A stretch of DNA of 64,000 nucleotides. It comes from Scenedesmus sp. PABB004 (lineage: Eukaryota). Below the pieces are notes generated by a model. It did not search any database, was not told the DNA's origin, and saw nothing but the letters and a program-made list of their open reading frames with translations. Position 1 is the first letter of the stretch. Each line of letters opens with the position of its first letter. This document shows, in pieces, positions 34,669 through 47,129 of this stretch. The translations under genes and the position numbers were made by a program. The stretch lies in the NCBI GenBank assembly GCA_014905635.1, contig JABVCE010000045.1:62001-126000 (forward strand), written 5' to 3'.

Positions 34669-36340
34669 ATGCGCGCCCCGCTGCTCGCGCTGCTGGCGCT
34701 CTGCCTGGCGCTGGGTCGCGGCGTTGCGGGCGCCGGACGCCTGGTCGAGAAGCCGATCGCCTTCCCGTCGGCGGTGCGTGCACCGCGGTGGCGGGGCGCC
34801 AGCGCATCGCACCGCGCGGCCCCTGCGCGCCGTGCGCGCTGATCGCGATCCGCGGCCCTCGCCCCCGCAGCTGCTCAACGATGGCCTGCCCGTCGTCGAC
34901 CCGCCGGAGCGCGTGGCGGGCTACTTCAAGCTCAACCGCACGTGCGCGCCGCCGCTGCCGCGCGCGCCGCATGCCGCCGCTGCCGCCGCCGCGCGCTGCA
35001 GCCCACGCGCCCCAGCCCCCGTATTCCATGGAGCTACGCGTCCCTCCGCGTCCCTCCGCGCCCGCCGCGCCCGCCCCACGCCTGTCCGCGCCGCCGGCGC
35101 GCCTGCGCACGTGTGCTCACCCCCCATCCCATCCATCCCGCAGCAACGACGCGCACATGTTTTACTTTTACTACCAGTCCCGCACCAAGCGCGCGAGCGA
35201 CCCGGTCATCCTGTGGATGACGGGCGGCCCGGGCTGCTCCAGCGAGATCGCCATCTTCTACGGCGCGCGCCGCGCGCGGCACGCCGCGTCGCCGCCGCCC
35301 CGCGCCGCCGCCTCAACGCACGCCGCCCGCGCGCGCCCACGCCGCGTCGCAACGTCGCAGAGAACGGGCCGTATACGCTCTCCCACAACCTCACGCTGCT
35401 GGACAACCCCTACGGCTGGGACGCGAGCGCCAACGTCATCTTCGTCGACCAGCCCATCAACACCGGCTTCTCCTGGAGCGACGTGAGCGCAAGGGTTTAG
35501 TAGGGCCGGCGCCCAGGGGGTTGAGGGCGACGCGCGGCGCGCCCGCGCGCGGGAGGCAGGGAGCGAGCGAGCGAGCGGCGGCCGGCGCGGCGCCCGACCC
35601 CGTGCGCCGCCGCCGCGCGCGCTGCGCTTGCAGGACCCGCGCGACGACGTGTCCGGGGAGCACCTGGTGGCGGAGGACATGCTGGAGTTCCTCACCGAGT
35701 TCTTCGAGGGTGCGGCGCGACGCGCGCGCTGTGCACGCTGTGTGCGCGCGCTGTGCACGCTGTGTGCACGCCGCCCACGCGCGCGCACGCGCCTCATGCC
35801 GCGCCGCCTCGGCCCCCGCGCCGCCGCGCCGCCGCCGCGCGCAGCGCGCCCGGAGCTGCTGAAGCGCGACTTCTTCGTGTCGGGCGAGTCCTACGCGGTG
35901 AGCGAGCCCCCGCGGCGGCGACTGAACCCTCGCCAGGGGCTCGTTCGCGGGGCCACCGAGGGGCCGGACCCGCCCCGCCGGGCCCCGCCCCGCCCAGCCC
36001 CGCCCGTGCCGCCGTCGCCCACCGCCGCCCGGCGCATGTGCGCGCGCGCAGGGTCACTACGTCCCCGCGGTCGCCAGCAAGGTCTACCGTGCGGCCGAGC
36101 TCGGCACGGGGCCGCCCATCAAGCTCGCCGGCGCGGCGATCGGCAACGGCATGACCCAGCCCGCGGTGCAGTACGGCGCGTACGCCGACTACGCGCTTCA
36201 GGAGGGCCTCATCTCGCAGGCGGTGCGCCGCGGCGGCGCGCGGCGGCGCGTGGGGGGCCCGCGCGCGGCTCGCTGCGCTCCCCGCGGGGGCGCCGCCCGG
36301 CGCCGCCCGTCCCTGAGCGCCCTCTCTCCCCGCTCCCCCT

Positions 36341-36374
<34 letters not shown>

Positions 36375-36577
36375 GTCCGTTGCTGTCCGGCAGACGCGCG
36401 ACGCGATCCAGTGGTGGTACCCGCTGTGCCGCTGGGGCGCCAACTTCTGCTCCGAGCACAAGTGGGCCTGGCTCTGCGGCCTCACCATGCAGTACTGCCA
36501 GGCGCGCCGCCGCCGCTGCTGCGCACGCGCTGCCGGCCGCGCTGCGCCTCGCTCGCGTGCGCGCGCGCGCCAGCCCC

Positions 36578-36611
<34 letters not shown>

Positions 36612-38207
36612 GCCGCCCTGCGCACCCCGCTCACCCTGCTGCGTTCCCGTCCCTCCCTCCCCTCCTCCCTCCCCTCCCTTCTCTCGCCCGCCCGCCCGCC
36701 CGCGCCTGGCAGATGACGATCTTTGGCCGCGTGCTCGCGAGCAAGCCGGGCATCAACTACTACGACATCCGCAAGACCTGCGACGGCCCGCTCTGCTACG
36801 ACTTCTCAGACGCGGGTGACCGCCGCCGCGCCGCCGGCCCGCGCTGCGCGTGCGCTTCGTGCTCTGTGTGTTCTGCGTTTGTGCGTGTGTGTGGGTGTGG
36901 GTGTGTGGTTGTGGAGTGGCTGCCCCTCCTCCGCGCCCCGCCGCCGCCCACACCCTCTCCTCCCCTCCCCTCATCCACCCACCCACCCACAACCACACCA
37001 CCCACCCGCCGCCACGCTCACCCCCCCCCCCCCCCCACACACACACACTCCCACCCACCCCAGACAAGTTCCTCAACTCCAAGGCCGTCCGCGCCGCGCT
37101 CGGCGTCGGCGACGCGCGCTGGCAGGAGTGCAACATGCTGGTCAATGCCCAGTTCTACGGTGAGACCGCCGCCGCACCGCCGCAGCGCAGCGCAGCGCGC
37201 CGCACCGCACACACCCCCGCGAGCCCCTCTCTCTCTCTCTCTCTCTCACTCCCTCTCCCGCTCGCTCTCTTCTCTTCTCACTCCCTTTCACACCCTCCCC
37301 CTCCCCCTCCCCCACCACCACAACCAACCACCCAACCAGGCGACTTCATGCGTGACTTCAGCACCCGCCTCGTGCCGCTGCTCGAGGACGGCATACGCGT
37401 CATGATCTACGCAGGTGACCGCCCGCAGCCGTGCGCCCCGCCCGCACCCCGCACCAGCGCGCCGCGCCCAGCCAGCGCGCCAGTGGAGGGCCGGCCGGGC
37501 TGCCGCCGCCCCTGGCGCGCCACGCACGCACACGCACGCACGCGCACACGCCCCGCCCCGCTGCGCCCACCCTAAACCCTCGCCTGCCGCCCTCCTGAGC
37601 CCTCGCCTGCCCCACTCCTAAACCCTCCCCTGCCCGCCCTCCTAAACCCTCCTCCCCCCGCCAGGCGACCGCGACCTCATCTGCAACTGGGTCGGCAACC
37701 GGCGCTGGGTCGACGCGCTGCAGTGGGAGGGCGCCGCGGGCTGGGCGGGCGCGGCGGACAAGCCCTGGGTCGTCGGCGGGGTGCAGGCCGGCACGGTCGC
37801 GTCGTACGACACCCTCTCCTTTGTCCGCGTCTTCCAGGCGGTGCGCGCGGCGCCGCGCTCGCTCAGTCGCGGGGCTCGCTGTCCCTCTCTCCCTCTCTCT
37901 CTCTCCCTCGCGCGGCGCCGGGCCCGCGCGCCGTGCCGCGGGCCGCGCCGCCCAGCTTAGCCCCCCGCCGCCGCCGCCGCCTCTGCCCCTCTCTCCCGCG
38001 CCTCTTCGCCTGCCGCAGGGCCACATGGTGCCCATGGACCAGCCTGTCGCGGCGCTGGACATGATCACCCGCTTCATGCGCGGCAAAGACCTGGCAGAGC
38101 CGGAGCCGGAGGTGGAGGCGGGGCCCGGGGCGGTGGCGAAGACGGCGCGCGAGGCGGAGGCGGCGCCCGAGGCGGAGGCGGCGCGCGAGCGCGTGGCGGT
38201 GGTGTGA
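34669..38207 (+). CDS. Serine carboxypeptidase family S10 (carboxypeptidase Y/SCPL-like), multi-exon
   Basis: Signal peptide MRAPLLALLALCLAL. Motifs AGYFKL, MFYFYY, LWMTGGPGCSS, ENGP, FVDQPINTGFS, catalytic GESYA|GHYVP, IGNG, NYYDIRK, YAGDRDLICNW, GHMVPMDQP. Confidence 0.95.
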
Positions 38208-38635
38208 GCGCGGCGCGCGGCCGCTGTGCACGGTTGCTCGCGGCGGCCCGGTCGGCGCCCCCTGCGCCGCCGGCTCGCCCTCTGTACGTACATGTATCGT
38301 GCATGTTGTTGTGTGAGACCTGTGTGTGGTCGCCGCCGTGTGCGGCTGCCGTGTGCGGTCGGCGGTGGAACAGAGCGTCACTCAGGTCCAGGGTTTTGAA
38401 CTTGTTGAACGGCGCCGCCGCCGCGTGCAGGCGCCGCGCACACCGGCCGACACCGCCTGGCCGGAGGCAGCAGCGCCACCCCCGCCGTCCGCAGCGCCGC
38501 GCGCGCCGCCAACCGCTGCGGCAGCAGCGGCAGCGGCGGCGCGCCGCACCCCTGCCCTCCCGGCCGGCGCCCCGCGACCCCGCGGCATGGCGTTCGCGCC
38601 CCTGTGAGGCTGTGGGGGAGCGGGGAGGCGCGATC

Positions 38636-41600
38636 ATGGCGTCGTTCGAGGCGTTTGAGCCGCTGGTCGTGGTCGACGACTTTGCGCGCAAGATCGAGGC
38701 CCTCTGCGTCTGGCACGACGCCAGCGACGTCCTCATCGCCGGCCTGAGCGACGGCAGCCTGCTGTTCTTTGAGCAGAGCGGCGGCGGCGAGCGGCGCAGC
38801 GGCAGCAGCGGCGGCAGCCCGTGGCAGGTCACGCGCGTGCACAAGGGCTTCGCCAAGCGCGCCATCACGCAGCTGCAGGCGCTGGAGGGGGCGCAGCCGC
38901 ACCTGCTCAGCCTCAGCGGTGCGGCGCGCAGAGTGTGCGGCGCGCGCGCAGGCGCGGCGCGTGTGCGGCGGCACGTCGGGCGCCCCCCCCCCCCCCCCCG
39001 CCCACGCGCGCCCCCGCGGCGCGCCGCAGACGATGGCGTGGCGCTGCACACGCTGCCGGAGCTGCGGCTGGTGTCGACGGCCAGCCGCACCGCGCGCGCA
39101 ACGGCGTTCAGCTGGGACGCCCGGCGCCAGCTGCTGGCCACGGCGGTGAAGCGAAAGGCACGGCCTGGCCGCGCGGGAGGCTGGCGCGCGACGCGCCGGG
39201 CGGCGGGGGCGGCAGCGGCGCCCGCGCACGACCGCCCACGCCCGCCCACGCGCCGTCGCCGCAGGTGCTGAGCCACCAGCTCGACAGCAGCCCGGCGTTC
39301 CTCGAAATGACCGAGTACTCCCTGCCCGACCCGGTGCTCGCGCTCAGCTGGGCGGGCAGCAACATCTTGCTCGGTGGGCGGGCGGGGAGGGGCGCTCAGC
39401 GCCGCCGCCGGCAGTGCGCATGCCGCCGCGCAGACGCCGCGCCGACCGCCGCCGCCGCGCCGCTGGCAGGCACGGCGCGGAGCTACTGGCTCGTCACGCC
39501 CGCGCCGAGCCAGAGCGTGGAGATGCTGCCGGGGCAGTTCATAACAATCTATCCGACCGTGCAGCCGGCGCTGCTCTTCGCCGCGGGCGCGGCCCACCCG
39601 CCCGTCGTCGCGCGCCTGCACACGGGTGCGCGGCGCCGGCGGCGGCCAGCGCGGCGCGCGACCTGCCCGCGCGGCCCGCCACCGCCGCGGGGCGCGTGCC
39701 GCACCGCGCGCGCGCGCGCGCGAGGAGGCTGTGGCGCGCGACGCCCGCGTGGGCCCGCACGCCGCCGCGCACCCGTGTCTCTGTCTGGCCTTGCTTGCAG
39801 GGGAGGTGCTGGTGACAAAGGACTGCGTGAGCTACTTCATTGGTCCCGACGGCAAGCCCAGCCGCAAGACCACCGTCACCTGGTCGGCGCCGCCGGCCGC
39901 GCTCGCGGCGGGCCGTCTCTACGTCGCCGCGCTGCTGCCGTCCGGCGTGGAGGTCAAGGGCATCAGCCGCGGCACAGCGGCAGAGCAGGCGCGGCGCGGC
40001 GCGCTCGACCCCGCGCGACGCCCCGCCGGCGCAGCGCAGCCTCGCACGCGCCCCGGCCCCGCCGCGGCCCGGCCCCGCGGCGACCTCGCTCCGCCGCGAC
40101 CCTGCCGCCGCCAGGTGCTGCCGCTCGCCGGCATGGCCGTCGCCGCGCCGGCGCCGGCGCCCGACGGCTCGCTGTACATTGCCTCGGGGGGCGGCGGCGG
40201 CATCCGGCAGCTGCGCCCCGTGCCGCTCGAGCGCCAGGCCAAGCTGCTCGCCGCGGCCGGCGACTTCCAGGGCGCCCTGGAGCTGCTCACGCTGCTGGAG
40301 GACGAGGCGGCGGCGGGGGCCAACAACGCCGCCGCCGACGGCGACGGCGACGGCAGCGGCGCGCCCAGCGGCGGCGGCGCGCCCAGCGGCGGCGGCGGCG
40401 GCGAGCAGACGGCGGCCGAGCTGGCGGCGACCGAGCAGCGCCGCGCGGCGGCGGCGGCGCGGCGGCAGCAGCTGGAGGACGTGCTGCGCGTGCGCTTTGG
40501 ATACCACCTGTTCTCAGGTGGGGGCCGCGGGGGCGCGCACGGGGGTGTGCACGGGGCTGCGGGGCGCGCGGCCGGGCCCTGCCCTGACTGCCTGCGCGCG
40601 GGGGCGGCGCCCTGACGCGCTCCGCCGCGCGCTGCGTGCCGCCGCGCGCCGCGCAGCGGGCGAGCCGGACGAGGCGCTCACGCAGCTGGCGATGTGCTCC
40701 GACCCCGACCCGCTGCTGCTGCTGCGGCTCTACCGCACCCTGGTGCCGCCCAAGTTTGAGGCGCTGCTGCCGGACAGCGCGTACGGCGAGCCGCTGCCGG
40801 ACGCGCCCGCGGCGCCCGGCGGCGGCGCGAGCGCGGGCGGCCCGCCGCGCGGCCGGGCGGGCGCGGCGACGCGGCGCTCGCGGTGGTCGTGCCGTACCTG
40901 CTGAGCCACCGCACGCGCCTGCTGGCGTCGCTCGAGGAGGCGGGCGCCGCGGCGGGCGGCGGCGGCGCGAGCAACGGCGCGGCGCGCGCCAGCAGCGACG
41001 GCGGCGGCGACGGCGACGGCGCCAGCGACGGCGGCGACGGCAGCGACGACGGCGGCGGCGGCGCGCGGCGGCGCAGCGTGGAGGAGCTGCGCGTGGCGGC
41101 GGCGGTGGTTGACACGGCCATCCTGCGCGCGATGCTGCTGCAGCCGGACAGCGGCGCGCTGCTGCGGCTGGTGCAGCAGGCAAACTTCGTGGACCTGGAA
41201 GACGGGGAGGCGGTGCTGACCGCGGCGGGGCGTTACGCTGAGCTGGCGGCGCTGTTCCAGTACAACGGCCGCCACGGCCAGGGGCTCGCGCTGCTGCGCG
41301 CGCTCAGCGCCGACCCGGGCGCGCTGCCGGTGCCGCCTGCGGGCGCGGCGGCGGACCTGCGCGGCCTGCCGGGCGTCTGGGCGGCCGTGAGGTGCGCGGG
41401 CGGGCCGGCGCCGGCCGCCGACGGACCGTGCCGCCCCTAAACCCTCCCGCCCGTGAACCCCCGCACAGGTACCTGGTGGGCATGCGGCCGCAGGACCTCG
41501 ACCTGCTGCGCGAGCACGCGGGCTGGGTGCTCGCGGCCGACCCCGAGGCGGGGCTGGAGGCGCTGCTGGCGATGGAGCCGCCGCTGCGGCCGGAGGTCGT

Positions 41601-43851
41601 CGTCCCGATCCTGCAGGTGACGGCGGCGGCCGTGGATGCATCATTGCATCGCCGCCCGTGCGGGCGTCCGCCGCGCGCGTCGCTGCTGGGCCGCGACCGC
41701 CCCGCGACCGGCGGCGCCGCGCGCCGCGCCGCCGCCCTCCCTCACGCGCCGCGCGCCCTCACGCCCCGCCCCGCCCCGCCGCTGCGCCGCGTGACGCCGC
41801 GTGACGCCGCGCCGCGTGGCCAGGTGCACGCGCCGGCCTACACAGCGGTTTACCTCGAGTCTGCGCTCGACCTGGGGCTCGCCGCGCCCGGCGAGGTGCA
41901 CAGCGAGCTGCTGCTCATCTACCTGGGCATGGCCATGGAGGAGGAGGTGGAGGGCGAGGAGAGGTGTGACCGGCCGCAGCGGCGGCGCGGGCCGGGCGCG
42001 ACGCGCGTCGCCGCGGCGGCGGCGCACCGCGCACGCCGCCGCCCATGCCGCCGCCGCCGCCGCCGCCGCCGCCGCAGCTCCGTGACGCACGCGCGGCAGC
42101 TGTCGCTCTCCGACCTGCTCGTGTCGCGGCCGCACCAGCCGCTGAAGCTCTTCCCTGACGACCGCGCGCAGTGGGTGGGCCCCGCGCGCCCGTCCGACGG
42201 CGGCGCCGGCGGCGCGCCGCCGCCCGCGCGCGCCCCGCCGCCGTCCTCCTCCTCCTCCTCGTCCTCGTCGTCGGACGACGGCGACGGCGACGGCAGCGCG
42301 GGCCGGCGCAGCCCCGCCGCGGCCGGCCGCGGCGGCGCGGGCGGCGGCGCGCTGTCCGACCCCAACCACCCGCACCACCGCCGCGACGCGTACGCGCGGC
42401 TGCGCGAGCTCGTCTACTCCAGCCCATACATAGACCCAGAGTACGTGCTCGGCAAGCTCGGCCAGGTGCGCGGCGCGCGCGCGCGTGCTGTGCTGTGCTG
42501 CGGTCGGCGGGCCCGTGGCCGCTGGGGCCCGCGCTGCGCCGCGCCGCGCGCGCGCGACCCACGCCGCCCACCCACCCGCGCGCCCGCGCGCCCGCGCGCG
42601 CGCCGCAGGGCCAGCTGCTGGAGATCCGCGCGCTGATGCTGGAGCGCCTGGGGCGCCACCGCGAGGCGCTGCGCGTGTACGTTCACGACCTTCGCGCCAT
42701 GGCGCTGGCCGAGGGCTACGCCGACCGCGTGTACGCGGCCGGCCTCGCCGCGGCGGCGGGGCACCACCACCAGCACAGCGGCGGCAGCAGCGGCGGCGCG
42801 GCCGCGGCAGCGGGCGCGCGCGGCGCGCGCGGCGACGGCGGCGACGGCGGCTGGGTGGACGTGCCGGGCCGGCGCGCCGGCGGTGGCGGCGGGGGAGGCG
42901 CCGCCGCGCCGGGCCGCGCCGCAGCCCCGCGGGGGCGCGGCGGCGCGCTGCCGGCGCGGCCGGCGCCGCTCCCCGCGCCGCCGGGCGGCGGGCGGGCGCG
43001 CAGCTGGTCGGCGCTGCCGTTTGGGCAGCCGCAGGACATCTACATGGAGCTGGTGGACGCGGTGCTGCAGGCGCGGCGGCGGCGCCGCTGCCGCCGCCGC
43101 TGGGCACCTGCGCGCCGTGCCGCCCGCCGCGCCGCCCGCCGGCTGACCGCCGCCGCCGCCGCGCCGCGCCGCCCGCCGGCTGACCGCACCCAGGGCCCGA
43201 GCCAGCCGGACGGCGGCGCCGCGCCGGCGCCGGCGGCGGCGCAGCTGCAGCCGCGCGTCGTGGACGCCGCGGCGTGGAAGGAGCTCGCCGCGCTGCTCTC
43301 GCGCAAGGCGGACCGCATCAACCACCTGCAGGCGCGCGCGCGGCTCGTGGGCGGCACGCAGGCCGGCGCGCCGCGTCGACCGCCGCGCCGACCGCCGGCC
43401 GCGCCACGTGCCGCCTTCACGCCGCCGTGCCGCGCGCCGCGCGCGGCGCGCGCAGGTGCTGGATGTGCTGCCGCCGGAGCTGCCGCTCGCGGACGTCGCG
43501 GGCCTGCTGGCGGCGATGTCGGCGACCAACACCGAGCGCCGCCGTAACCTCGCGGTCGTGCAGTCGCTGCGCAAGGCCGAGGCGCTGACCGCGCGCGAGG
43601 CGCTCGTGCGGCTGCGCCAGCGCGCCGTCGCGCTCACGTTTGACCGCGCCTGCTCGATCTGCCACAAGCGCATGGGCGGCGCCGTGAGCGTGGCCTACCC
43701 CAGCGGCGCACTCGCGCACTACCTCTGCCACAAGCGCGCCACCGGCGGGCCGGGCGGGCCGAGCCAGGGGGCCGTCTGGGAGCCCGGCGCCGCCGCGCCG
43801 GCCGCGGGCGGCTGGGGCGGCGCCGCGCTCGCCGCCGCGGCGGCGCACTGA
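38636..43851 (+). CDS. VPS39: Vacuolar sorting protein VPS39/Vam6 (HOPS subunit); apparent 1-nt deletion at ~40840-40870
   Basis: N-terminal CNH-like propeller (KIEAL, AGLSDGSLLFF, DGVALHTLP, LPDPVLAL, GPDGKPSR). Central VDTAILRA...NFVDLEDGEAVL...RYAELAALF...H..GLALL and LERLGRHREAL. C-terminal CSICHKRMG...YPSG..AHYLC. Confidence 0.9.
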
Positions 43852-44031
43852 GGGGGTGGTCGCGCCTGTGATCGGTCGGTCGGTTAAACGCGAGCGTCGC
43901 AGCGGTGGCGGTCGGCTGCGGTTCCTGGCGCGGCGGGTGCCGCCGCCCCGCGCAGCTCCCCCCCCCCCCCCCGCGCTGGTCCGCAACTCTGCCCGGCGGA
44001 CCAAGCCACGCGGTAGCCCGTCCAGACCGCC

Positions 44032-46478
44032 ATGGCAGCCCCAGCTGGGCGCCGAGGCGCCTGCCGGCAGCTCCTCGCCGCCACGCTCGTCGGCGCGCTG
44101 CTCGCTGGGCGCTGCTCGGCGCGCGCCGCAGGGCCAGCATCGCCACCGGAGAGCCACTATGACGTCATCATACTGGGCGTGGGCATGGCGGGCGTCGCAG
44201 CGGCGCGGGCGCTGGCAGACGCGCCCAGCCGGCCGTCGACCCTGGTGCTCGAAGCGCGGCCCCGCGCCGGCGGCCGGCTCCACTCCGTCCAGACGCGAGA
44301 GGGTGGGAGCAGCGGCCGCACCGCCGCCGAGGGCGCGGCGCGGCGTGCGCGCCGTGGTGGCCGACCCGCCCGCTGCCGGGTGGCGGCGCAGGCGCGGTGG
44401 ACCTCGGCGCTATGTGGATCCACGACGCCGGGCCCGGCAACGCGCTGTGGGAGCTCGCGCGCGAGCTGCGCGTCAACCTCAGCGCGCCGCAGGACTACAG
44501 CTCGGCCGACCTGGTCCTGCCAGACGGCAGGCGGGCGAGTCTTCCGCTCTATGCGGTGCGCGCGGCAGCGCGCTGCGCTGAGCGCCGGCGCTGGCGGGCA
44601 CGCCTGCGCGGGGCCGGCGGTGGTGACGGGGCCGCGCGGCCGCCCGGCGCGCGCGCGCCGCCGCGCCGCTGGCAGGCGGTCTACGCGAGCTTCCAGGCGC
44701 AGGTGCGCGGCCGCATCGCCGCCATGCGCGCCAACGCGAGCGCGGCGGCACTCAACTCGAGCGCGGGCGCCGGCAACGCGAGCGCGGGCGCCGCGGCCGC
44801 TGTCGGAGACGTGCCGCTGTCCGAGATCGTCGGCGACTGGCGGCGCGCGCACCCCGGCTGGCGGCCCGAGCAGGAGCTGCTCGCCGACCTCATCGTGCAC
44901 CAGCAGTTTGAGGCACGCGGGCCGCGCGCGCCGCGCCGCACCGCCACGCCTGCCCGCGGCGCCCGCCCACCGCCCGCCGCCGCGCCCGACGTCTGCGCAT
45001 GGCGCGGCGCGCGCCAGACGCTGCTGGCGGCCAACGTCAGCGCACTGAGCGCGGCGCACTTCGGCAATGCGAAGGTCATCCCCGCGGTGGACGTGCTGAC
45101 GCGGCCGGGCATGGACGCGCTGGTGACCCGCCAGCTGCCAGGGCTCAACGTCAGCCTCGACTCAAGTGAGCGGGCACGGCGCGCGCAGCGCGCAGCCTGA
45201 AGCACCCCTCAGGAGCGCCGCCGCCGCCGCCGCCGCCGGGGCGCAGCTGTCACAGCGATCTCGCAGGACGGCGTGGGCGTGAGCGTGACGCTCGCCAACG
45301 GCACCACGCTGCGCGCGGCGCACGCGCTGGTCACGTTGCCGCTTGGCGTGCTCAAGGCGCGGCGCGTCGCCTTTGACCCGCCGCTGCCACTCGACAAGGA
45401 GCGCGCAATCGCCGAGATGGTGCGCGCAGCGCGGCGGGGGCCTGTCCGGGCCGCGCGTCGGCGGAGCCGCCCGGCCATTCGGCGCTCCTGCGTGCGCCGC
45501 CGGTGGCGCTGCCCTCTCTCTCCCACCCACCCACCCACCCACCCACCCACCCACCCACCCACCCACCCACCCACCCACCCACCCACACCCACCGACCCGC
45601 GCCAGGGCATGGGCCTGCTGGACAAGGTCGTCCTGGTCTTCCCCCGCGTGTTCTGGCGGGCAGGCGCAGACTTCCTTTGCCTCGCGCGCCGCGACGGCGG
45701 TGGGCGCTGGTGCGCCGCGCCGCGCCGCGCGGCGCGGCGCGTTCCGGCAGGCTCGGGGGCTCGCGCCGCGCGCGCGCCGCCGCCGCCGCCGCCTCGCGTG
45801 CGTTTGACCGCCGCCCGACGCAGGTCTACCTGGCTCAACTACGAGAAGAGCATGCAGCTCCCGGTGCTCGTCGCCCTCAACACCGCCGACACCGCTCGGC
45901 AGCTGGAGCACATGAGCGACGCAGCGGTCGTCGCCGACGCGCTGCAGGCGGGCGGGGCGCCCGGCCTGCTGCGGCGTGCCGCTGGACGCGGGCCGGCGCG
46001 CCGGCGCGGCGGGCGGGCGGGCGCGCGCAGCCGGCCGCCTGCGCGCACGCCGCCCCGCCCCGCCCTGATCCGCAGGCGCTGGCCACGATGTACGGCGGCG
46101 GTGCCGGCGGCGGGCCCGTGCCGGCGCCGCTGGAGGCGCACGTGACGCGCTGGGGCGCCGACCCGCTCGCGCGCGGGGCGTACTCTTACTACGCCACGGG
46201 CAACCCGCGCAACATCACACGTGAGGCGCTGCGCGCGCTGCGCGGCACCGGCGCCGGACGCGCACGGCGCGAGCGGAGCGCGCGGCGCGCACCCGTGGGG
46301 ACGCGGCCCGCTCGTCGCCGCAGGCGTGCTGGCGCAGCCGCACGGCCGCGTTTTGTTTGCGGGGGAGGCCACCAGCGACAAGCCCGCGACCGTGCTTGGG
46401 GCGCTGCTCTCGGGGCGGCGCGAGGCGTGCCGGCTGCTGCGCCTGCTCGGGCGCGCTGGCGCTGCGTCGCCCGAGTGA
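44032..46478 (+). CDS. Flavin-containing amine oxidase (polyamine oxidase/LSD1-like fold) with predicted signal peptide
   Basis: YDVIILGVGMAGVAAA...VLEARPRAGGRL, VDLGAMWIH, TLPLGVLK, FDPPLP, MGLLDKVVLVFPRVFW, TRWGADPLARGAYS, FAGEAT...TVLGALLSGRREA. Confidence 0.92.
45522..45590. repeat. Intronic (CCCA)n microsatellite
   Basis: Read directly. Confidence 0.9.
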
Positions 46479-47129
46479 TGCTCCGGCAGGCGCGGCGGGG
46501 CGAGGCTGTGGCGTTTGGCACGCCTGAGCTTGCTGCGTGTGGCGCGCAGTAAATCGTAGCCTTTGTCACCCCTGCGGTGGCTGCTGATGCTCCGCCGCCG
46601 CGCATGGCGGGCGCCGCCTGCGCGGCTTGGCGTGGGAGCGCGGAACTGCGCAGCGTGCAGCTTGCTCGTTACTTCGCACTGGAAGATCGTCTCACTCGGG
46701 GTCCGCATGTCAACCCGCAGACGCGCCCGAACGCGCAAGCCAGCCGCTGCCGCCGCACAGCACTCCGCGGTATCGGCTGCCGGGGTGGTCAACTCCTCTC
46801 CCGGCGGCACAGCGCCGCTGCACACGCCACGCAGCCGCAGGCAAACTCCGACCCAGCCTTAGCGGACGAGATCAGGCCTGGCGCTCCGCGTATAGGCTGC
46901 CCGAGGTGCGCGCCGCCCGAGGTGCGCGCCGCGCGGTCGCCCGCAGAGCGGCGCGAACGCGCGCTTCACGCGGACGTGACCGCTTACCTCGAGAGCGGCC
47001 TCTTCGCGCCTGCGCACCCACGCCGCCCGCTGCCGCCGCGCCGCCGCTTCTCTGCACCGCAGAAGATCAGGGGACACCGTGGGAGGCCGCGCGTGCACAC
47101 ACGGCGGCGAGGGAGAGTGAGCCCTAGCC

